Shown here: positions 1 to 8,491 of the stretch, piece after piece | How the letters are laid out: the number at the start of each line of letters is the position of its first letter | How positions within the stretch are numbered: position 1 is the first letter of the stretch | From: an uncultured archaeon | Lineage (GTDB): Archaea; Nanobdellota; Nanobdellia; Pacearchaeales; GW2011-AR1 | Length of the DNA: 64,000 bases | Assembly: GCA_963845205.1 (NCBI GenBank) | Contig: CAWJRC010000002.1 | Location: forward strand, 216,825-280,824 | Direction: 5' to 3' | Translations under genes and position numbers: made by a program | The notes under the pieces: model-generated | Database searches by the model: none | What the model was told of the DNA's origin: nothing | The model's input: the letters and a program-made list of their open reading frames with translations, nothing else

Positions 1-2156
1 ATGGCTCCATTTGGAGGGAGGGAGTAAGTTTTTCTGCATTCAGGATACTTGTCACATGCAACAAAACTTCTTCTTGTTTTTTTCGAATAAATTATTCTAA
101 GAGTTCCTTTTTTACATAAAGGACAGATATTCAATTTATTTGCTTCCTTTTCACTTTCCCAAATTTTAGTCTCTGCAGTTACAAGCTCTTTTCCTATTTC
201 TTTTTTATTTTTTTCAAAGTCTTTTGCTATCTCTGTTATAGTTCCTTTTGCTTCTTGAACAATTTTATCCTCTTTTTTTTCAAAGTCTTTTTTTGATTCC
301 AAAATTGAGTCCATTTCCTTCTCAAATTTTCTTGTCAGTTTCTCATCAATTATTATCGGGGAATATTTTTCAAGGGTTGAAATCAAAGATATCCCGAGAG
401 GAGTTGCTTCAATGCTTTTTTCTTTTATGTAACCTCTGTCGTAAAGTGTTTCAAGTATTGCTGCTCTTGTTGCCTTTGTTCCAAGATTTCTTTTTTCAAG
501 TTCTGAAACTATTGAAGCAGGAGAGTAACGTTTTGGTGGTTGAGTTTCTTTTTCCTCTGCCCTTAAATTTATTATTCTGACTTCCCCATCTATATCTGGA
601 AGTTCTGTCTCCTTTATTTTATAAGGATAAATTTCAAGCCACGCTTTTTTTCTAACTTCACTTCCCTTTACAGAGAATGTTAGATCATTGTGCTTTGCTA
701 TTATCGTCTTGTTGTCAATTATTGCATCATCACAGAAAAGGCATAAAAATCTTTTTACAATCAAATTGTAAATTTTTTCTTCTTCCTCACTTAAGGTTCC
801 ATTTTCCCCTGTAGGATAAATTGAGGGATGTGCTGAATCTGTTTTCTTTCCTTCAATAGGTTTGTCTTTTGTAATTAATTTTTCTGCCTTGAATTTTTTT
901 GCAAGTTTTTCAAGAATATCTTTATAACCTATCGAATCGGGTAGTTTTTGTGATGATGTTCTTGGATATGAAATTAATCCTGCAAGATAAAGAGACTGCG
1001 CAATCTGTAAGCTTCGTGTCGGAGTTATTCCATACAATCTGTAAGCTTCCATCTGTAAAGATGTTAAATTAAAAGGAGGATTCGGGGGAAGTGACTCTTC
1101 TTTTTTTATTGTTTCTGCTTTAACATTTTTTCCGATTAAATCTTTGAATTTGTCAAGTTCTTTTTTGTCAAATATATCCCTATTATACTTTAATTCAACT
1201 TCGTGAGAATTCTTTATAGTTATAAAAACCTGCCAATATTTCTGGGAAACAAATTCCTGAATTTTTCTTTCTTTCTGAACAATTAAATTAAGTGCAGGCC
1301 CTTGGACTCTACCAATTGACATTATTTTAAATCTTCCTGCTTCCTTTATCGCACTCATCAGAGCTCTTGATAGATTAATTCCGTAAAACCAATCGAGATA
1401 ATGTCTTGTTTCTCCTGCGATCGCCTGACCCCAGTTTATGCTTGGAGACTTTGTTTCATAAGCTGAATTTAATTCCGGCTTAGTAAGAGTTGAGAATTTC
1501 ATTCTGTTAGCATCTTTTTGTGAACATATGAATCTCATTACATTTAATCCAATTACTTCTCCCTCAATATCATAATCTGTCGCGATTGTAATACTTCCCG
1601 CATCTTTCGAGAAACTTAAAAGGGCATCGTAGTATTTTTTTGTAAAATCATTCTTCTTCACAAAATAATTAGGGACCCATTTTATGTCAAATACAGGAAA
1701 ACCTGAGCCTTTTTGCATTTGTGTTAATGTGAATAAATGTCCAACAGCACATGCGACCAGGATCTTTTTTCCATTTCTATTCACTTCATAATAAGGGATT
1801 CCATGCATATTACTTTTTTCGGATTTTCCAAGGGCATCAGCAATTTTTAGTGCTGCCTGAGGTTTTTCGGTCACAATTAATTCATATCCCTCTTTTTTAA
1901 GAGTTATTTTAGGAGGTTCATAATTATTTATCTTTTTAGAGAATATTTTCTTTCCTTTGGCAGTTTTTGTTCTTTTGCTATAGGTTTTTTTGATCTTAGT
2001 AGACCTCTTTTTTTCTTTTGTTTCTACCGCTTGTGATATTCCTGCTCCTTGTTGTTTGTACGGTTTTTCAATCGCGTATTTTACATCATTTGCATCTACA
2101 GGAAAATAACTTTCGGCTATCTTCTGTTCTTTTGGCTTTTTTATTTTACGTGGCAT
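1..2156 (-). CDS. topA: DNA topoisomerase type IA (TOPRIM, topo-IA core, C-terminal Zn ribbon); C-terminus runs off the window start
   Basis: Hand translation of the minus strand from ATG at 2156: LIVTEKPQAALKIADALG and DYDIEGEVIG (TOPRIM), GRVQGPAL, ISYPRTSSQ (catalytic Tyr motif), CPLCKKG...CDKYPEC Zn ribbon. Absent from the ORF track because there is no stop inside the window. Confidence 0.9.
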   Translation of the reverse strand, partial: MPRKIKKPKEQKIAESYFPVDANDVKYAIEKPYKQQGAGISQAVETKEKKRSTKIKKTYSKRTKTAKGKKIFSKKINNYEPPKITLKKEGYELIVTEKPQAALKIADALGKSEKSNMHGIPYYEVNRNGKKILVACAVGHLFTLTQMQKGSGFPVFDIKWVPNYFVKKNDFTKKYYDALLSFSKDAGSITIATDYDIEGEVIGLNVMRFICSQKDANRMKFSTLTKPELNSAYETKSPSINWGQAIAGETRHYLDWFYGINLSRALMSAIKEAGRFKIMSIGRVQGPALNLIVQKERKIQEFVSQKYWQVFITIKNSHEVELKYNRDIFDKKELDKFKDLIGKNVKAETIKKEESLPPNPPFNLTSLQMEAYRLYGITPTRSLQIAQSLYLAGLISYPRTSSQKLPDSIGYKDILEKLAKKFKAEKLITKDKPIEGKKTDSAHPSIYPTGENGTLSEEEEKIYNLIVKRFLCLFCDDAIIDNKTIIAKHNDLTFSVKGSEVRKKAWLEIYPYKIKETELPDIDGEVRIINLRAEEKETQPPKRYSPASIVSELEKRNLGTKATRAAILETLYDRGYIKEKSIEATPLGISLISTLEKYSPIIIDEKLTRKFEKEMDSILESKKDFEKKEDKIVQEAKGTITEIAKDFEKNKKEIGKELVTAETKIWESEKEANKLNICPLCKKGTLRIIYSKKTRRSFVACDKYPECRKTYSLPPNGA

Positions 2157-2255
2157 TATATTCCTGAAAGAACATAGTCTTTTATTTTTAAGTGTTTTGG
2201 AAAAATATAGTTTTAATATATAAGCCTTATAAGTTGTAAATTAGCAATAGCTTTT

Positions 2256-2573
2256 ATGATAAATTTTGACCTAAGATACATTGGAGTAGAAAGAATCGGC
2301 CATAGCCTTTCATTTGCTAAAAGAATTAGCTTAATCGAAAAAATAAAATCTGAAGATTTTATAATAAAATCCCCTTCATTTGATCCTGATTCTGTATATA
2401 TTTTCCCTAAGGAAAAAGATTTTTTAGTCGTAGGGTATATCTCATACAATTTTATAGAAAAAGGGGAAATAGTCTCCTCAGACACTTCTCATATCGAACT
2501 TTGGAATCTACATAAAGAGGAAGCTAAAACTTATTGTGAAAAATTAAGAGAATTATATAATTCTATTAAATAA
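2256..2573 (+). CDS. hypothetical protein
   Basis: 105-aa ORF in an otherwise uncovered interval. No recognisable motif. An antisense 90-aa ORF overlaps it. Confidence 0.35.
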   Translation: MINFDLRYIGVERIGHSLSFAKRISLIEKIKSEDFIIKSPSFDPDSVYIFPKEKDFLVVGYISYNFIEKGEIVSSDTSHIELWNLHKEEAKTYCEKLRELYNSIK

Positions 2574-2605
2574 ATTCTTATAAACTATTAATTCTTGATT
2601 AAACT

Positions 2606-3127
2606 ATGAGTGAAGGGGATGAAAGTCTGAAAAAATTTAATGAACATTATAACTTAAGTAAGAATGTTTGTAATTCTCTTTTGTTCAATTTTGACAAGGT
2701 TCTTGAAACCAGGGGTGACAGAGAATTTACTATTCCTCCGAATGATGTCTGTGAAGAAATTTTGACTAGTTCTCTAAAAGATATTGGAAAGATGAAGGGA
2801 GATTATGATAATCCTTGCATATACGCCCGGAAGTTAAAGGAATTAAAAAAAATAGAACCTAGAATTGCAGATGCTATCTACGATTCTTTTTATAGCGTTA
2901 AAGATGTGCAAAATTTTTTTGAAGGATACTTATTCTCTGGAAATTTTGATTTTGAATTTTTTTATGGATTTGGGACTTTTTTCAGATTTTATCCTAAATT
3001 AAAAATAGAAGCGGAAAAGAATATTGAAAGTTTTTTTAATGAAAAAGAGCTTAATAGTCTAAGTTTAATCGGGAAGTTGATTAAAAATTATGGAGATATT
3101 TGGTGGGAGGAAAGAAATAAATCTTAA
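2606..3127 (+). CDS. hypothetical protein
   Basis: 173-aa ORF, no recognisable motif. Convergent 4-nt overlap with the next gene. Confidence 0.45.
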   Translation: MSEGDESLKKFNEHYNLSKNVCNSLLFNFDKVLETRGDREFTIPPNDVCEEILTSSLKDIGKMKGDYDNPCIYARKLKELKKIEPRIADAIYDSFYSVKDVQNFFEGYLFSGNFDFEFFYGFGTFFRFYPKLKIEAEKNIESFFNEKELNSLSLIGKLIKNYGDIWWEERNKS

Positions 3128-3735
3128 ATCTCAAAAATTTTTTCTTTTCTTGAAACATTAATTACCCTTGTTTTTCCCATCTGTTCTTCAAGTCCGGCTG
3201 CTTCATGAATATGAGCAGTTATCAAAAAGTCAGGATGAAACTCATTTATAGCTTTTCTTACTGCTAAACTTCCCGGAAAACCTGAAAATTCTGCCTTGCT
3301 TCCTTTTGGATGCATATGTGTAACCATAATCTTTTTATGTAAATCCTTTATGCTTTCATGCCCTTTTTTAAGAAGAGAAAATAGTTCTGAATCTTTGATT
3401 TGATTTATTCCTATATCTGCTGAGCCTGCTCCGAAAATTCCCAAATCATCTTTTCTAAATGAATAACCATGAATATTCTTTGTGTTTGGATACATTTCTG
3501 TAAGGAAATCAACAGTTGCAATTGATTCGTGATTTCCAGGGATTATTAAAACCTGTTTTTTTGCCTTTACAAAAGGACCTATTAAATTTTTTAATGATTG
3601 TTCAGCGAAGGTTAAATCCCCTGCAAGTATAACTAGGTCCACATTTTCTTTTTTAGCTCTTTCAGCGAGCCTTTTTACTAATCCCGTATCACCATGAATG
3701 TCTCCTACGGCTAGGATTTTTGTTTTTTTTGCCAT
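3124..3735 (-). CDS. metallophosphoesterase (calcineurin-like, YfcE/MJ0936-like)
   Basis: GDIHGD, LAGDL, GNHE and HMHP/AHIHE motifs in the canonical order. Confidence 0.8.
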   Translation of the reverse strand: MAKKTKILAVGDIHGDTGLVKRLAERAKKENVDLVILAGDLTFAEQSLKNLIGPFVKAKKQVLIIPGNHESIATVDFLTEMYPNTKNIHGYSFRKDDLGIFGAGSADIGINQIKDSELFSLLKKGHESIKDLHKKIMVTHMHPKGSKAEFSGFPGSLAVRKAINEFHPDFLITAHIHEAAGLEEQMGKTRVINVSRKEKIFEI

Positions 3736-3850
3736 TCATTGATTAATTAATTGGAATTAATAAATATTTTTAATAGACTTTTTTAAATGTATATTAGATA
3801 TACCTATACTACAAAAGATTTAAAAGTACACCACTATCTGAATATATACA

Positions 3851-4117
3851 ATGAAAGATAACTTTGATATCTTTTTTAGAAGAAAACCGGCTTTGATGCT
3901 GGTATCTTTGAAGAAGAATACAAGAATGAGGTACGGTAGTATTTTGGCTAAGGAAGTTGATTGTACATACAGCCATGCAGTAAAGATACTGCAAACATTA
4001 GAAGACCTTAAGTTGGTTGCTTTTGAAAAAAGAGGGCGTATAAAAGTGATACAACTTACAAAAAAAGGTAAGGAAGTTGCTGATGAGATAGAGAATATCC
4101 AGCATCTTATCAAATAA
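3851..4117 (+). CDS. small winged-helix transcriptional regulator
   Basis: 88 aa. YGSILAKEVDCTYSHAVKILQTLEDLKLV...RGRIKVIQLTKKG resembles an HTH plus wing. Confidence 0.5.
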   Translation: MKDNFDIFFRRKPALMLVSLKKNTRMRYGSILAKEVDCTYSHAVKILQTLEDLKLVAFEKRGRIKVIQLTKKGKEVADEIENIQHLIK

Positions 4118-4245
4118 TTCTGATACCATCGCCCTGAAAAATTGATTTGTTTTTATATTTAGAAATTTCTTTTTTTTTGTTTTTTGTTTTTTGTTTTTTT
4201 ACCAAAAGTTTAAATATTTATTTATCTTTTATTAAAGAAGGTAAA

Positions 4246-4509
4246 ATGAAAGATTCAAAAGAGGTTTCGCTGGAATTTAAGCTTCCTGAATTTGATAAGA
4301 AAGATATCCATCTACATCTTTCAAAAAATTCTCTTTCTATAAATGCTAATAAGAAATCGGAGAAGAAAATTAAAAAGAAAGATTATTTTCACGAGGAAAG
4401 AACCGAAAGACATTTTACTTACACAACAACTTTGCCTAATATTAAGCCTAAAAAAGCAAAGATAAGTTTTGAAAAAGGGAATTTGAAAATAAAAGTTCCT
4501 AAAGCATAA
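4246..4509 (+). CDS. small heat-shock protein (Hsp20/alpha-crystallin domain), short form
   Basis: Internal Met of the 4147 ORF. LPEFDKKDIHLHLSKNSLSINA...FTYTTTLPNIKPKKAKISFEKGNLKIKVPK matches the ACD pattern. The upstream 33 codons are poly-Phe low complexity. Confidence 0.6.
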   Translation: MKDSKEVSLEFKLPEFDKKDIHLHLSKNSLSINANKKSEKKIKKKDYFHEERTERHFTYTTTLPNIKPKKAKISFEKGNLKIKVPKA

Positions 4510-4706
4510 TGGTTCTTCAATATAAACTTAAATCAGAAACAAGATGGAAAGATTATCCTGGAAAATCTAAGTTGAAGGATTCAACAGATATGTATGACTT
4601 TAGATTATTAAATGAAGCTAAGACTAAAGTCCTTGCTGAAAAAGGAAGTTATGAACAGGTAATGAAAAGATTTAGACAGATTGAGTTTTTTAAGCATAGA
4701 GGATAA
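4509..4706 (+). CDS. hypothetical protein
   Basis: 65-aa ORF. Its start overlaps the Hsp20 stop (TAATG). Confidence 0.35.
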   Translation: MVLQYKLKSETRWKDYPGKSKLKDSTDMYDFRLLNEAKTKVLAEKGSYEQVMKRFRQIEFFKHRG

Positions 4707-4745
4707 ATTTCCAAATAAGCAAATTATTAAAGAAATTTAAGAAAA

Positions 4746-5030
4746 TCACCACTTCTTCATTCTTTTTTTCTTTTCACTTCTTTTCCAAGATACAACAGCA
4801 GCTTTCGATCTTCGTGCAAGTCGTGTCAGGACAGCAGTTCTTATTTCAATTGCTTTTACAAGTTTTCTGTTCTTGTATTTTTCAGCAACCCCGTTCCCGA
4901 TTTCTTTCGCCATTTCATCTCTCTTTACCTTTGAGACGCCGGCGTCTTTCGCAGCATTGCTTATTGCATTTTTTATTTTAGAAGCGCTGAAAGTTTGTTT
5001 TTTCCCGCTTCTTTTCATGACTTGTGTCAT
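4746..5030 (-). CDS. stand-alone ATP-cone domain protein
   Basis: VMKRSGKKQTFSASKIKNAI...ATP-cone-like pattern (K-R-x-G-x-x-x-F-x-x-x-KI) followed by a basic tail. Confidence 0.6.
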   Translation of the reverse strand: MTQVMKRSGKKQTFSASKIKNAISNAAKDAGVSKVKRDEMAKEIGNGVAEKYKNRKLVKAIEIRTAVLTRLARRSKAAVVSWKRSEKKKRMKKW

Positions 5031-5090
5031 AATACAATATATATTTTATAATATATAAATTTTTTGAAAAAATATTTTGTTAAATAAAAA

Positions 5091-5165
5091 TGGCCCCGAT
5101 GGGATTTGAACCCACGACACCCAGATTAAGAGTCTGGTGCTCTAACCAGGCTGAGCTACGAGGCC
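5091..5165 (-). tRNA. tRNA-Lys (anticodon CUU)
   Basis: Hand-folded 75-nt cloverleaf: acceptor GGCCTCG/CGGGGCC, anticodon arm CCAGA-CTCTTAA-TCTGG, T arm GTGGG-TTCAAAT-CCCAT. No encoded CCA. Confidence 0.9.
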
Positions 5166-5343
5166 ATGAATAATTATTAGAAAAAGAGATTAAAAATCTT
5201 ACCTATCTGCCTTAATTTTTTATAATCTTGAATTAAAATCTTCAGATTCATTTTGAATTCTATTACTTTCTTTTTTTATGTTTAGCCCTAAGTCTTTTTT
5301 TTATTGCCATATATTTAAAGAAATCTTTTATTTATATAAGCTC

Positions 5344-5652
5344 CTACCTATATTCTCTCCAAACATGATCACACTTTGTGCATTTGAAGAATTTTGTTTC
5401 TGCCTCATCTCCTGAACGAGTTTGAACTGTCCAGAAATATGCTTTGTCATTTTTACATTTTTTACATTTTTCAACGATTATAGGGAGAGTTTCCATATCC
5501 TTCTTTACAACTTCAAGTTCAGCATTCTTATCCTCAATCTTTTCAGAAGATACTATCTTCATTTTTCCCTTTGAGGTATAACTACATCTAGGACATGCTT
5601 CTCTATCTTTCTTTGGCATAAGAACTGAGCCACATTTAGGACAAAATTCCAT
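5344..5652 (-). CDS. tfs: transcription factor S / RNA polymerase subunit M-like (TFIIS-type Zn ribbon)
   Basis: N-terminal CPKC...CPRC ribbon. C-terminal CKKC...QTRSGDEAETKFFKCTKC with the acidic DE loop typical of TFS. Confidence 0.85.
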   Translation of the reverse strand: MEFCPKCGSVLMPKKDREACPRCSYTSKGKMKIVSSEKIEDKNAELEVVKKDMETLPIIVEKCKKCKNDKAYFWTVQTRSGDEAETKFFKCTKCDHVWREYR

Positions 5653-5711
5653 CTTAATTTTTACCTCTATTTGTTATCTTTAACTTTAATATATTTTATT
5701 TAAAAACCTTT

Positions 5712-6377
5712 CTAAGTTTCTGTGCAAAAACCTCTTTCTGATTCAGGTTTTGAGCCTTCATAAAATATTAATTTTATCCATCCTAGCTCAGGGGCTACCC
5801 TAAAAACAGCTTTTCCTACTATCTGGTCGGGTTTTATTTCTCTTTCATCTACACCGCTAGGATTGTTTGAGGGAGTTAATACTTGATTATTATTGTCCCC
5901 CATTGTTGTGAATATTCTTTCCCCATCTTGTTCTGTTATGTTTATTATTCTATGAATTACTGGAGCTCCGCCACTTCCTGAATTGAATAAGATTATATCC
6001 CCTATCTTTAATTTGTTGGGATCTGCTCCAACTATAAATAAAATATCCCCTTTACTGAAACCATTCTTAAATACAAAATTCTGAAATTCTGCCTTAGTTA
6101 TGTTAAGTGCTTCATATTTGGGTTCATGATCTGAAAACCAGGTATTAAAATCCGAAAAAACATTTCCTTGGTGATACATGCTACACGATTCAACTATTGC
6201 CAATGGTAAGGCTGTTCCTGTAACTAAACTCAGGAAAGGGAAAAAAATGAATTTTATAAATACAAATAGAAAAATGAGAGAGAAAATCCACCCAGTTATG
6301 CTATTGTCTTTCCAAAGCAAAAACCAGAATTTTTTTAAGCCTTTTTTTGTTTTTTCACCTATCTTCTTTAAACTCAT
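5712..6377 (-). CDS. signal peptidase I, archaeal/eukaryal S26B type
   Basis: N-terminal TM segment, SCSM (Ser nucleophile box), GDIILF, VIHRI, GDNN motifs. Confidence 0.75.
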   Translation of the reverse strand: MSLKKIGEKTKKGLKKFWFLLWKDNSITGWIFSLIFLFVFIKFIFFPFLSLVTGTALPLAIVESCSMYHQGNVFSDFNTWFSDHEPKYEALNITKAEFQNFVFKNGFSKGDILFIVGADPNKLKIGDIILFNSGSGGAPVIHRIINITEQDGERIFTTMGDNNNQVLTPSNNPSGVDEREIKPDQIVGKAVFRVAPELGWIKLIFYEGSKPESERGFCTET

Positions 6378-6448
6378 CCAAATAATTGGAAAAGAACATT
6401 TTTAAAATGTATTATAGGAATTGGAAAAAATTATAAAATAAAGAATTA

Positions 6449-6721
6449 TTGAATGGGATGCATAAATTAACCCTCGATGATGTTGGAAAAATTTTAGAGA
6501 CAGAATTAGAAGGAAGCGACAATATCAAAATTAGTAGAGAATTTACTGAACATGAAGAACTAGAAAATGATGATTCGGATTTGTTATGGGTTTGCCCAAA
6601 AAAATTGGTTGTAATAACCCTGGAAAATGAGGGAATAAAAATTCCTAAAGAAAGTTCTTATCACTCCTGTTTTGTATGTGATGGAAAAAATTATAACTGC
6701 ACTGGGGTCGAAGAAGAATAA
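6449..6721 (+). CDS. hypothetical protein
   Basis: 90-aa acidic ORF, no motif recognised. Confidence 0.35.
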   Translation: MNGMHKLTLDDVGKILETELEGSDNIKISREFTEHEELENDDSDLLWVCPKKLVVITLENEGIKIPKESSYHSCFVCDGKNYNCTGVEEE

Positions 6722-7468
6722 TCAATTTTCATATTCATCCAAAATTTTCATTAGTTTGCTTTTTGTTTCTTTATTCCCTCTCCAAAGACTATTGAAAGCT
6801 TTTCTTTGATATTCGTCCAATTTTTCCATATCTTTTTTGATCTCAGAAAATTTGTGAAAATCAAAATTTCCATTTTCATCTTCATTTAAGATTCTGAAAC
6901 CCTTTTCATCGATTAAAGCAATTTGAGGATTGTTGTCGACATAAAGATTAATCTTTGCGACTTGGATTATAGAGTAAATAGAAAGCTCAATTGCTTGTTT
7001 CTTTGATATATCTTTTAAACATGAATCTCTTAAAATTTTTTCTGCATTTTCTTTGCCTGCACCAATAATTGTAAATTCATCTACTCGCTGTATCATCCCC
7101 CCATCAATAAATTCATATATCTGGGGTCTATTTTCTTCATATAAACTAAAAATTCCTACAAAATCTTCTTCATCTTTTTGTAAGGTAAATCCTATTTTTT
7201 TATAAGAATCTAACAATTCTTTATAAGTAATTTGTAACATTTTTCTTATCTCCTCGCTTTCATTAGAGTTTAATTTGTCCATATTTTTTTTTAAATCTTC
7301 CAAAAATTCATCTCTTAAGGGTACATGTCCACAAATCGCCATTACACCATTTTTAATATTGAATATTTTTTTCTTTAAACCATAATTTGGGTCACTATAA
7401 AATTTGCTATCAGAAGAAATTAACACACCTTTTCCATTATCATAATACATTCCTATGAGCAATGTCAT
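6722..7468 (-). CDS. proteasome-beta-like Ntn hydrolase homologue with C-terminal helical extension
   Basis: Met-Thr2 start with no propeptide (MTLLIG), SSDS and KKKIF (Asp17/Lys33-like positions), IIGAGKENAE (GSG-like). Confidence 0.4.
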   Translation of the reverse strand: MTLLIGMYYDNGKGVLISSDSKFYSDPNYGLKKKIFNIKNGVMAICGHVPLRDEFLEDLKKNMDKLNSNESEEIRKMLQITYKELLDSYKKIGFTLQKDEEDFVGIFSLYEENRPQIYEFIDGGMIQRVDEFTIIGAGKENAEKILRDSCLKDISKKQAIELSIYSIIQVAKINLYVDNNPQIALIDEKGFRILNEDENGNFDFHKFSEIKKDMEKLDEYQRKAFNSLWRGNKETKSKLMKILDEYEN

Positions 7469-7559
7469 AGGAATATTTATTTATTTTTTACTTATAACTA
7501 TTTTTATCCTTGACCATATAGATAAAAAGAATTAAAAATCTCTATATCCTGTTTTAATA

Positions 7560-8000
7560 ATGGCTAAAATGGGACCGATAACTCTGCTGATGCTTAAACA
7601 TCATGGGATAATAAACGGATTTCTAGGGGATTTTGAGAAAGTGTCTGAAGATGATCCCGATGAATTAAAAAGGACTTTTAATATTTTTAAATGGAATCTA
7701 GAAAAACATGTTTTTGTTGAAGAAAAAAATATTTTTACAATAGCAGATAAAACAAATAAATTGGAAATGATGCAGCTTAAGAATTTGCTTAAAGATCACA
7801 AGGATATTATGGTCGTTGTAGATAATATCAGTGAAGATATTAACGATGGAAGGAAACCAAATGTTAAAATTTTAAGAGATATATTATTTGCGCATGAAGG
7901 AAGAGAGATTGAAAATTTTTATCCTCTTCTTGATAACAGACTTTCTGCAGAAGATAAAAATGATCTTGTACAAAGAGTTAATGATATTGTTCTTGGATAA
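7560..8000 (+). CDS. hemerythrin-like (HHE cation-binding) domain protein
   Basis: LKHHG, NLEKHVFVEEKNIF, LLKDHKDI and AHEGREIENFYP give a repeated His/Glu helix pattern. Confidence 0.55.
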   Translation: MAKMGPITLLMLKHHGIINGFLGDFEKVSEDDPDELKRTFNIFKWNLEKHVFVEEKNIFTIADKTNKLEMMQLKNLLKDHKDIMVVVDNISEDINDGRKPNVKILRDILFAHEGREIENFYPLLDNRLSAEDKNDLVQRVNDIVLG

Positions 8001-8131
8001 TATAATCAATATTCTGAATTATAGAAATATTTAAAAAGTATATATCTTATGTGTATACATCTTGTATATACAATTAACCCCTTTCAACCTGCCGCGTTAA
8101 AAAACACGGCTGGTTAATAATCAAAATAAAA

Positions 8132-8491
8132 ATGGCAGACATATTCGACAACACAATTTTATGCAAAGAATGCAATTCAAAAATGCAAAAAGCACAATTA
8201 GTAAAGAATGGTTTTTTGTTAAGATTAATGGTTTGTCCTAAATGCGGAGAAAAGTTAATTCATCCTGTTGATGAACAGGAATACAGTAAATTTGCAAATC
8301 TAAGAAACAAGGAATTTCATGTAAAGATGAGACTTGTAGGAAACAGCTATGCTGTCTCAATTCCCAAGGAAATTGTCTCATTTATGAGGGAACAAGAGAA
8401 AATAATGAATGATATGGTAAGATTATGCTTTGAAGATATAGGAAAATTGAGCTTAAACTTTGTAGAAGAAAAACAAAAGGAGATAAAATGA
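8132..8491 (+). CDS. Zn-ribbon plus AbrB/SpoVT-like (swapped-hairpin) domain protein
   Basis: CKEC...CPKC ribbon, then RLVGNSYAVSIPKEIVSFM (AbrB-like). 4-nt ATGA overlap with cdc48. Confidence 0.55.
   Translation: MADIFDNTILCKECNSKMQKAQLVKNGFLLRLMVCPKCGEKLIHPVDEQEYSKFANLRNKEFHVKMRLVGNSYAVSIPKEIVSFMREQEKIMNDMVRLCFEDIGKLSLNFVEEKQKEIK

Noticed and set aside
248-580. 110-aa plus-strand ORF from the track
   Set aside because: It lies entirely antisense to the well-supported topoisomerase IA reading frame and has a low-complexity Leu/Phe-rich composition typical of shadow ORFs in AT-rich DNA.
4147-4245. N-terminal 33-codon extension of the Hsp20 ORF
   Set aside because: It is a poly-Phe/Leu translation of a T-rich promoter-like tract. 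The alpha-crystallin domain begins after the Met at 4246.
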